The notes beneath the pieces are model-generated. The model was given only the letters and a program-made list of their open reading frames with translations. It had not been told where the DNA came from and ran no database searches. 64,000 nt of DNA, taken from a virus. Taxonomy: Duplodnaviria; Caudoviricetes. The translations under genes were made by a program, and so were the position numbers. The stretch lies in IMG/VR virus record IMGVR_UViG_3300011008_000028; one strand, 5' to 3'. Below, in pieces: positions 47,859 through 56,033 of the stretch; within the stretch, counting starts at the first letter, position 1, and each line of letters begins with the position of its first letter.

Positions 47859-48425
47859 GTGAATACATTGCGTTTAGCTGGAAATACAATTGTCCAGACA
47901 TTGGATATTGATACAGGTGAACCTTGGAGAGGACCTATAACATCTCTATTCGAGAAATATCCAACCTGTCTTGAATTGCCATTTATCAATCCATATCACA
48001 ACGTGTTGAAACTCAATAACGTTAAGATCACAGACTGGACGGGATGGACAAATTTGCTTTATATTGAGCAGAATATAATGTATGGTGAAGTATGGAAAGA
48101 AGTCAAGATTGGCAGAGAATCCGTGATTGCATTATTCCATCCGAAATCGTTAATACCCACATGGAGAAATATGAATTACAGACGATCATTCAATGGTAGA
48201 GAAGTATATGAGTACAAGGTCGTCCCAATCACAGAACTAGATGAAGCAAGAGGACGGGTCCTATATGGATCCGACCCTTCTTCTGATGAGTCATTTTTCC
48301 ATGATATCGAGCTGGGTGATACAGGGTATGATCATCCGGTGTTTTACACAATTCATACTGAGAGCAGGTTCTATAATGTGAACAACATTCTCGATACGAA
48401 TTACGAAGGAACTGGTTCCAGATAA
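47859..48425 (+). CDS. Stand-alone degenerate Hint (intein-like) domain protein
   Basis: RLAGNTIVQT (block A-like, Cys1 replaced) and FYTIHTESRFYNVNNILDTN (block F/G-like). Confidence 0.5.
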   Translation: MNTLRLAGNTIVQTLDIDTGEPWRGPITSLFEKYPTCLELPFINPYHNVLKLNNVKITDWTGWTNLLYIEQNIMYGEVWKEVKIGRESVIALFHPKSLIPTWRNMNYRRSFNGREVYEYKVVPITELDEARGRVLYGSDPSSDESFFHDIELGDTGYDHPVFYTIHTESRFYNVNNILDTNYEGTGSR

Positions 48426-48518
48426 TTATATATTATACATAAGATGCATGATACATAATATCTGGATTATGTGGCCACATACATCAGTAACAAATTTAAC
48501 CCTAGGGAGGTATCACGT

Positions 48519-49523
48519 ATGAAAAAGAAGAAGCTCAAAATTCCGAAGAGCGTCTTAAATCTCAGAATGAGTCCGAAGAAGTTCGCGAAGAAGAACAATA
48601 TCAGGCTCAAAGGAAAAGGCATTTCCAAGAAGGAAAGAAAGCACAATCATAAGAGACTCATCAAGGAGTACTCTGATTTTGCTGCGACAGGTCTGAACAA
48701 GGCCGTGAAGATTCTGGCGGAGAACCCTGATGCCAAGAAAGCGGATAAGGTAAAAGAAGGTGTTGAGAATATCATCACCAATCCGGATGTCATGAAGAGG
48801 ATCGTCAAGATCTACAAGAAGAATCCGGGCACATATCCGAACATGATGTTCCTGCCGAATATGATCATGAACACTCTCGTGTACTATGCATCTGATGCAA
48901 TCTCCGATGAGGAGAAGGAAGTCGGCAAGGCTCTTGACACGGACAGCCTGATCACCTTCTGTGAAAAGATTCTGAAGAAGGAGATCAAAAGATACGAGAA
49001 GTTCGGTCTCGAAGAGGAAGTTGCTTATCAGTTAGCAACAGTAATTCCCACGACAAAGCTGTTCAGAAACCGTCAGTGGTACAAGCGTCTGATTCAGCAG
49101 ATGTACGATATCGCTGAAAAGAATCCCGTTGATATCGATGCTGTACTTAAGGCTGTATGCAAGATCGACAAGAAGAAGGGAATTTCCAAGAAGGAGTTCC
49201 TGGAAGGATTCTTCAGTGAGTTCATCCTTACCAAGGCATCGAACTCGAAGACGGCGAAGTTCACCGATACCCAGAAGGAACTGCACGAAGGTCTCATCGA
49301 ACGTACTCTGGTATATCTGGACAACCTTAAGGTCCGTAAGACAAAGGAAATCCTCAAGAGATATATCAAGAAGAGACAGACGGCGGAGTCATACAAGAAC
49401 GACACCAAGCGTGTGATCAAGTTCATTGACCATGCAAATTCGAATAGCCCGTATTCGAATATCAAATCGGCAATTAATGATCTCATTGCAGATAACTCTG
49501 CATACGAGGCATATTTATCGTAA
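48519..49523 (+). CDS. Lysine-rich hypothetical protein
   Basis: Start MKKKK after GGGAGGT; TATATTAT at 48429-48436. Confidence 0.8.
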   Translation: MKKKKLKIPKSVLNLRMSPKKFAKKNNIRLKGKGISKKERKHNHKRLIKEYSDFAATGLNKAVKILAENPDAKKADKVKEGVENIITNPDVMKRIVKIYKKNPGTYPNMMFLPNMIMNTLVYYASDAISDEEKEVGKALDTDSLITFCEKILKKEIKRYEKFGLEEEVAYQLATVIPTTKLFRNRQWYKRLIQQMYDIAEKNPVDIDAVLKAVCKIDKKKGISKKEFLEGFFSEFILTKASNSKTAKFTDTQKELHEGLIERTLVYLDNLKVRKTKEILKRYIKKRQTAESYKNDTKRVIKFIDHANSNSPYSNIKSAINDLIADNSAYEAYLS

Positions 49524-49549
49524 TAAGTAAATAGGAGGAGTATTTAGCT

Positions 49550-50077
49550 ATGGCTAAGAAGAGTAAGAAGATCGACAAGGAAACGCGTCGCATGATCGAA
49601 AGCATCTCCGATCTCGTTAAGAAGAAAGGAGATCGCTATAAGTTCAAATCCAAGAAGAAGAAGCTGATTAAGAAGGTTAAGATGAGCTGCTGCCACTGGA
49701 CTATCCGTAAAGGCAAGGAAGTTCCGACAACCATCAGAGACCCGCAGCGTGACGGATATTATAAGTGCGCAATATGCGGCGCTTCCTTCCCGGTTAAGCC
49801 TCAGACGATGGATGACGGCACCTCCGCTTATAAGGAAACCACGAAGCAGATGCTCGAACTCGTTGATCAGATGCAGTTCTATGGCGTAAAGCTCGGTGGT
49901 GATGCGGATGATACCAAGATGTTCCTGAAGCTCAAGGAGAACCTCCCTAGGTTTGCAAAGGTATCGGCCCAGATCATCAAGAGACTTAACAAGCGTGAGA
50001 CCTTCGACAAGAGACGCGAAAAGGGTGATTCGTTGTCGAGATTCGATAGCTACAGTAGCTTCCAGTACCGCGGCTAA
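49550..50077 (+). CDS. Basic Zn-ribbon protein
   Basis: CCH...CAIC; AGGAGGAG SD. Confidence 0.7.
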   Translation: MAKKSKKIDKETRRMIESISDLVKKKGDRYKFKSKKKKLIKKVKMSCCHWTIRKGKEVPTTIRDPQRDGYYKCAICGASFPVKPQTMDDGTSAYKETTKQMLELVDQMQFYGVKLGGDADDTKMFLKLKENLPRFAKVSAQIIKRLNKRETFDKRREKGDSLSRFDSYSSFQYRG

Positions 50078-50143
50078 ACAACATATATCACACCCGGGAA
50101 TCCCGGGTGTGATTAAAATTTTATACTTCTAGGAGGATTTAAG

Positions 50144-50794
50144 ATGAATATACTTGAAATGATCGAATGGAAACCATTCAACCTTGAAACTGCTCCGAAG
50201 AATCACACTCTGATACTTCGCAATGTAGCAGATCATCTGGATATTACCATGGTGATTTACAATGCCCAAACAGGAAAGTTTGCCATCATGAACGCTAACC
50301 CGATCTCTGAAGTTAGCGAGGAGATGTATGACAAGGGACTCATTCTGGTCGACCATGATAAGTTCGAAAACTCGGAGTATTTTACAGTTCAGGATCTCTC
50401 TCAGCAGGATGCGTCGATCGTCACCAGCGCTGCGTTACTGGATCTGACTGCCATGTCACCAATTTTCTACCCGAGGTTCGATCACAAGAACGCCAAAGAG
50501 TTCGTCTCAAAGAATATCATGATTCCCACTGTTCAGCCGTTTTTCTCCGTCTTTAACAGTGCAATGATGATCGAGGATATTGCGAACTCGACAATGGTTA
50601 GTAAGACGAAGGTATCTGGATCGGATATCGTGTCTTTCTATGATACCATGGATCATGCCAAGAACATGAAGATGTTTGCACTGGTATCCATGCACAGAGA
50701 GTGGATCGCTGTTCAGGATAAGGATGAACTTCTCGATGAAACATATGAGAAGATGGTTGCCAATGGTGCATTTGATGATGAGGAGGAAGAATAA
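50144..50794 (+). CDS. Hypothetical protein at head of NAD cluster
   Basis: AGGAGG SD; stop overlaps pncA start (TAATG). Confidence 0.75.
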   Translation: MNILEMIEWKPFNLETAPKNHTLILRNVADHLDITMVIYNAQTGKFAIMNANPISEVSEEMYDKGLILVDHDKFENSEYFTVQDLSQQDASIVTSAALLDLTAMSPIFYPRFDHKNAKEFVSKNIMIPTVQPFFSVFNSAMMIEDIANSTMVSKTKVSGSDIVSFYDTMDHAKNMKMFALVSMHREWIAVQDKDELLDETYEKMVANGAFDDEEEE

Positions 50795-51405
50795 TGAAAA
50801 AGAAATTACTAATTGTAATCGATATGCAGAAAGACTTTGTCGATGGAAGTCTTGGAAGTAGGCAGGCACAGGCAATCGTTCCTCGCGTACAGGAACTGAT
50901 TGATTCTGATGAGTTTGACATTACTCTCTTTACCAGAGATACTCACAATGAAGACTACTTGGACAATACTCTCGAAGGCAAGATGCTCCCAGTTAAGCAC
51001 TGCATCTATGAGACAGATGGTTGGCAGCTGGTTGTTAAACCCAAGATCGAAGAGTACAATGGTCTGTCGGCTATCATCGACAAGTACACGTTCGGCTCTA
51101 CGAATCTTGTACCAACAATCATTGAGGCAATATCCAATTTCGAGAGTACCTATAGGCTCACGATTCCGGATATCGCCAAAGAATTCATCGATACTATTAC
51201 GATTGTCGGGCTGTGTACCGACATCTGTGTTATCTCCAATGCACTTCTTCTGAGAGCCGAATTCCCTGATACAAGAATCATCTGTGATGCGTCGGCATGT
51301 GCTGGTGTTACACCTCATCGTCATGAGTGCGCTCTGGAAGTTATGAGAAGTTGTCAGATCGAAGTAATCAACGCATGCCCTGATATGCCCAATGAGAAGG
51401 AGTAA
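50794..51405 (+). CDS. pncA: Nicotinamidase (isochorismatase family)
   Basis: VIDMQKDF, RDTH, KHC, DKYTF, GLCTDICV: Asp-Lys-Cys triad plus metal ligands. Confidence 0.9.
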   Translation: MKKKLLIVIDMQKDFVDGSLGSRQAQAIVPRVQELIDSDEFDITLFTRDTHNEDYLDNTLEGKMLPVKHCIYETDGWQLVVKPKIEEYNGLSAIIDKYTFGSTNLVPTIIEAISNFESTYRLTIPDIAKEFIDTITIVGLCTDICVISNALLLRAEFPDTRIICDASACAGVTPHRHECALEVMRSCQIEVINACPDMPNEKE

Positions 51406-52644
51406 ATGATGTTTATTTTGGAGAAGATAGATCACAAGCTTCCGAGAATCATCAATAGCCTGTTGGAGACAGACATGTATAAGTTCTCCATGGGACAGGC
51501 GATATATCACCAGTTCTCGGATTACAAAACCACATGGACATTCAAATGCAGGAATCAGGATGTCCACTTTACAGAAGAGATGGTTGAGGAGATCAAGAAT
51601 CAGATTAAGCTGTATTGCGAACTGCAGTTTACCGAGGAAGAGCTCCAGTACCTGAACAACATCAAATGGATCAAAGGATCATATGTGGACTTCCTCCGGC
51701 TGTGGAGACCTCGGTTCGAAGACTTCGAAATATCATCTGATTCCGCCTGCGGACTTTCCATTGAGACCAAGGGAACTTGGCTAAATACTTCTATGTATGA
51801 GATCCCTACATTGGCGATCGTCAATGAGGTGTATTTCAAAATGCAATACGATTATCAGATGCTTCTGAAGAGCTTCCAACAGAAGCTGGACGAAAAGTGT
51901 GAATGGATTCACAAGGGAACCATCTACCCTGGCACATTCTCCGAGTTCGGTCTAAGAAGAAGACTGTCTGGAGATGCACAGGAATTGGCCGTCAAGCAGC
52001 TATCGGAAACCAGACTCTGTTCCGGCAAGTTCGTCGGTACATCCAATGTCTATCTGGCAAAGAAGTATAACCTGACTCCCGTAGGAACAATGGCTCATGA
52101 ATGGTGCATGTGTGTAGGCCAAGGCAACCATAAGCACAACCCTGCATATTCCAACTGGTATGCTCTGGATGCCTGGGTTAAAGAATATGGAGTCCTGAAT
52201 GGAATTGCATTAACAGATGCAATCACAACTGACTGCTTCCTGAAGGACTTCAGACTTACATATGCTACCCTCTTCTCAGGCGTAAGGCATGATTCTGGTG
52301 ATCCTTATGAGTGGGGCGAAAAGATGATCAAACACTACGAGTCGCTCGGAATCAATCCGAAAACAAAGACTCTGTTGTTCAGTGATTCTCTCGACTTCCA
52401 TAGAGCAGACAAGCTCTTCCGTCACTTCTGTGAATACACAAACGTTGCATTCGGCATTGGAACATATCTTTCAAATGATACCGATGTTGCCCCGCTTAAT
52501 ATCGTTATGAAGACAACGATGTGCAACGGAATGGATGTAGCCAAGATCTCGGATACCGAAGGTAAAGGAATGTGTAAGAATCCAGAGTACGTTGAGTATC
52601 TGAAGAGATGTATAGATTGGAGAATGAGTCATGAAGCCAGGTAG
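51406..52644 (+). CDS. pncB: Nicotinate phosphoribosyltransferase
   Basis: ETDMYKFSM, SEFGLRRR, GTSN, GTMAHEW, GVRHDSGDP, FSDSL, FGIGT, AKISD. Confidence 0.93.
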   Translation: MMFILEKIDHKLPRIINSLLETDMYKFSMGQAIYHQFSDYKTTWTFKCRNQDVHFTEEMVEEIKNQIKLYCELQFTEEELQYLNNIKWIKGSYVDFLRLWRPRFEDFEISSDSACGLSIETKGTWLNTSMYEIPTLAIVNEVYFKMQYDYQMLLKSFQQKLDEKCEWIHKGTIYPGTFSEFGLRRRLSGDAQELAVKQLSETRLCSGKFVGTSNVYLAKKYNLTPVGTMAHEWCMCVGQGNHKHNPAYSNWYALDAWVKEYGVLNGIALTDAITTDCFLKDFRLTYATLFSGVRHDSGDPYEWGEKMIKHYESLGINPKTKTLLFSDSLDFHRADKLFRHFCEYTNVAFGIGTYLSNDTDVAPLNIVMKTTMCNGMDVAKISDTEGKGMCKNPEYVEYLKRCIDWRMSHEAR

Positions 52645-53233
52645 AGTTATACTAATTCCTGGGACATTCAATCCACCTACAAACGCCCATATCGCAATGA
52701 GTCAGGAATTACATAAAGTATTTCCCGGAAGTAAAATTGTGTATGTTCCCTGTAATGATAACTACACAGTGGAATACAAGAAGCAACAGGGATGTATCAA
52801 GATGGAAGACCGTGTTCGGCTGTTGTATGGATGTATTAATCAGAAATATTCGTATGTGTCGATATTTGAAGCCAATGCTGATCCATACGGATACCTTATA
52901 GATACTGCCCGGTATTATCATTCCATCTATGATGATGTCGCAATCTGTCTGGGTGATGACAATCTTAAACATTTCGATACATGGAAAGATGCTGAAGCAC
53001 TGATTCAGGAGAATATGATTGTATATTTCCATAGAGCCGGCTATTGTGGCAACTTCTGTAAATTAATACAAGATCATCACTGGCAGTGTATTTCAGTTCC
53101 TGGGGTTATTCCAAACATCTCATCCACGAAAATACGTCAAGCGTATCTAGATGGGAACTGGGATCTGATAATCCAGAATGTTCCGGAAAACGTATTCTTG
53201 TATCTTCGTTACACAGATGGCCTCTTTGAGTGA
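52631..53233 (+). CDS. nadD: Nicotinate-nucleotide adenylyltransferase
   Basis: GTFNPPTNAH, LGDDNL..FDTW, ISSTKIR. Confidence 0.88.
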   Translation: MKPGRVILIPGTFNPPTNAHIAMSQELHKVFPGSKIVYVPCNDNYTVEYKKQQGCIKMEDRVRLLYGCINQKYSYVSIFEANADPYGYLIDTARYYHSIYDDVAICLGDDNLKHFDTWKDAEALIQENMIVYFHRAGYCGNFCKLIQDHHWQCISVPGVIPNISSTKIRQAYLDGNWDLIIQNVPENVFLYLRYTDGLFE

Positions 53234-53241
53234 TATGAAAA

Positions 53242-53267
53242 CAGATGGGCAGGATCCTGCCCATCTG
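53242..53267 (+). terminator. Palindromic hairpin between nadD and nadE
   Basis: cagatgggcaggatcctgcccatctg followed by agttattttt. Confidence 0.65.
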
Positions 53268-53294
53268 AGTTATTTTTATAAAGGAGAATTCAAA

Positions 53295-54128
53295 ATGGAA
53301 TATGATGTCAAAGATTATACCCGATGGATCATCGAATGGATCCAGGGCTGGTTCAATGTTAATGGCAAAGGTTGTAATGCCATAGTCGGAATATCCGGCG
53401 GTAAGGACAGCACGATTGTTGCCAAACTTTGTTGTGAAGCTCTCGGTGAAGATCGTGTCAGCGGTGTGTTAATTCCGATGGATATGGAACCTGACCCGAT
53501 TGCATATCGCGTAATCCAGTATCTTGGGATTCATTATACCACGATCATAATCGGTCAAGCATATAAGTCCATCATTGATCAGATCTATTCGTTTGGCGAT
53601 CGAGTTTATATACATAAAGATCTCGTGACTCGACAGATTAATGAGGAACCATCCGCTGCAACCAAGATCAATCTCCCGGCTAGATTGAGAATGGCTGTGT
53701 TATATGCACATGCCCAATCCAATAACGGGCGTGTTGCAAATACATGCAACTTCTCCGAAGACTATGTTGGCTACTCTACCAGATACGGTGATAGTGTTGG
53801 TGACTTCAGCCCTATCTCAAACTTCACCGTTACTGAAGTCAAAGAGATTGGCAGGTATCTTGGAATTCCGAACGAATTCATCGATAGACCTCCAGAAGAT
53901 GGTCTATGCGGGAAAACGGATGAGGACAATCTTGGGTTCACATATGATATGCTGGATAAGTATATCACCGAGGGTATCCTTCCCCCTCCCGAGATCAAGG
54001 AGAAAATCGATCGTCTTCATAAGCAGAATCTATTCAAGCTCAAACTAATGGAGTCCTGTCCGAACCCATTCGTCAAGAGAGCAGCTCTTGATGAACTAAA
54101 GGAGGAGAGCCCAGTTGACAGAGTTTAA
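53295..54128 (+). CDS. nadE: NH3-dependent NAD synthetase
   Basis: GISGGKDS, NLPARLRMAVLY, GYSTRYGD, PEDGL..KTDEDNLG; no glutaminase domain; start after AAAGGAG. Confidence 0.93.
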   Translation: MEYDVKDYTRWIIEWIQGWFNVNGKGCNAIVGISGGKDSTIVAKLCCEALGEDRVSGVLIPMDMEPDPIAYRVIQYLGIHYTTIIIGQAYKSIIDQIYSFGDRVYIHKDLVTRQINEEPSAATKINLPARLRMAVLYAHAQSNNGRVANTCNFSEDYVGYSTRYGDSVGDFSPISNFTVTEVKEIGRYLGIPNEFIDRPPEDGLCGKTDEDNLGFTYDMLDKYITEGILPPPEIKEKIDRLHKQNLFKLKLMESCPNPFVKRAALDELKEESPVDRV

Positions 54129-54726
54129 ACTTTCGCGATATGTCAAAGAGGAGTTACCAACATGGGCAGAAATGCATGAATGGTATCAGAATCAGTTCTA
54201 TGATTATATACCTCCTGCACATAAGGAACCACTTGACCCTTACTGGAAGATTCCGAAACGGCTATACACATTGGCTTCCGTATGCAACCAGCTCAACAAG
54301 ATGCTCCTTGAAGATGAATATATTATTGGACTTATTAATACACTACACGATGAGTTCGAAGATTTAGCAATCGATGACATATATTTCGCTATTCATATAG
54401 GGGCATTCCATAACGTAGATAAGAATACGATTTATACTTGGGATACGAAACCAAATCCATTCATATCAGATTCATCTACCAGACAAATGGTAAATCCTTC
54501 GCTTCACAGCAGCTTGGTTGTTATCACACATCAGTCAAAAGATTTAAAAGCAATTCTCACAGAAGAAGAAGCAAAGGCATTACATAGTCGAATAATTGAG
54601 TTCATGTTTATGGAGATTGAACGGTATTATACAGAACCGATTGGTTGGAAAGATGAAAAAGGCAATCCGTCTATCTATCGGAAGAAGCCCTTTGTTTGCC
54701 CTTCTGGATTTGATCCTGCGTTATGA
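54115..54726 (+). CDS. Hypothetical protein
   Basis: ORF track, AAGGAGG SD before TTG. Confidence 0.7.
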   Translation: MTEFKLSRYVKEELPTWAEMHEWYQNQFYDYIPPAHKEPLDPYWKIPKRLYTLASVCNQLNKMLLEDEYIIGLINTLHDEFEDLAIDDIYFAIHIGAFHNVDKNTIYTWDTKPNPFISDSSTRQMVNPSLHSSLVVITHQSKDLKAILTEEEAKALHSRIIEFMFMEIERYYTEPIGWKDEKGNPSIYRKKPFVCPSGFDPAL

Positions 54727-54930
54727 CAAAGATACCACCCCGGGATAACCCGGGGTGGCTCCGTTGTTACCATCATGATATATGATACATATGGAAATCT
54801 TGATCGTTATGACGATAACGATACATGATATGACTTATAAACATCATCATTTTTCAATGATATATTATTAATATGAGAGATTAGTAAGATCGATCTCCCA
54901 AATCCTTATTTCAGAAAGGAGGATACAGTT

Positions 54931-55068
54931 ATGGAAATATTGAACTACATATTCAATATTCTTAGTTTCATCAACTGGCTGTTTGCTAGCATCACTGTCA
55001 TAGTCGTTGCTATCTTTACAATCAAGATGGTGATTTCCGAGATACTCCATGACAAGGATTCCAAGTAA
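54931..55068 (+). CDS. 45-aa hydrophobic membrane peptide (not in ORF track)
   Basis: MEILNYIFNILSFINWLFASITVIVVAIFTIKMVISEILHDKDSK; AAAGGAGG SD; TATATTAT at 54861-54868; paralog of 438-584. Confidence 0.78.
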   Translation: MEILNYIFNILSFINWLFASITVIVVAIFTIKMVISEILHDKDSK

Positions 55069-55568
55069 GTGAATCCTCCCTCTCATAAGGAATAAGGAAC
55101 TTCTCAAAATCATTGGGGTGGACGACCTAAGCCCGCCTCTTGATTTTTGTTCATAAATCACATCATTAGGAATCTGTCTAATCATTTCAACATTTTACGA
55201 TCGAATTCTGGAATGTGCACATCTCCCCAGATTTCTTTCATTGTGTTGTATAACATTTCTGGAGTAACCCGGGTTGTCGATATTACATCCTTCCCGACTA
55301 TCTTGCCCATGACATTGGTCCTGTATACCTCGATTATGCATCCACCTTTGAATACAACATAGTATTCAGATTGAAGCAACTCTCCTGAGTTTCACAGTTA
55401 TCCAACTACCATCTGAATTGACATCCCATTGATCAGGATCAAGTCTACCCATGAGTTCGTAAACATTGTTCAATGCATCCGTGTTAATTTTCATATTGGA
55501 ATTCCTCCCGCATATTTTTTGTTATGGAACAGTAAGAACATCCCCCGGAATGATTCCGGGGGATGTGA

Positions 55569-55865
55569 TTAGTTTTTCACATTGGCCGTTACGGTATCTC
55601 CGTTCATACTAACATTTGCATTGTCGGTTAATGACTGTTGAATCTGAGATGCTGTTTCACTGTCTGTAGATACCTTCATACTGAAGGCAGTATCTCCATC
55701 TGTACTTGGTCCAGGAGATACATTATCGATCTTTTCAGATTGGTCTTTGACAGCATCATAGCATGCAGAAAAAGAATCATACTTGTTGGTCACGAAGTCT
55801 GTCAGCTTGGCGGGATCATCGGCCGGTATTACCTTGCCCATATAACCGGGCTTATACTTTTCCAT
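55569..55865 (-). CDS. Hypothetical protein
   Basis: ORF track; stop abuts hairpin 55538-55566. Confidence 0.7.
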   Translation of the reverse strand: MEKYKPGYMGKVIPADDPAKLTDFVTNKYDSFSACYDAVKDQSEKIDNVSPGPSTDGDTAFSMKVSTDSETASQIQQSLTDNANVSMNGDTVTANVKN

Positions 55866-56033
55866 CGTTGGTAACCCTGCTTTCTGTTAAGAGATTTGAT
55901 AAGGGAGGATTCTTACTCAGATATTCCTCCCTCAGTTCGAGCAACTTTATGAAATATCCTCGGGGAAGTTTAGTAAACGCATAGTCAAAGGTAGGATCAT
56001 CTTTGAACATACGACCACTCTTCTCCAGGATCT

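Noticed and set aside
17106-51567. Long antisense ORFs in the track (e.g. 17106-17792, 29539-30231, 50809-51567)
   Set aside because: They are shadows of well-supported genes on the other strand, with no SD and no recognisable motifs.
41164-53294. ORF-track upstream starts for gyrA (41164) and nadE (53178)
   Set aside because: They overlap upstream genes or a hairpin; strong SDs support 41263 and 53295.
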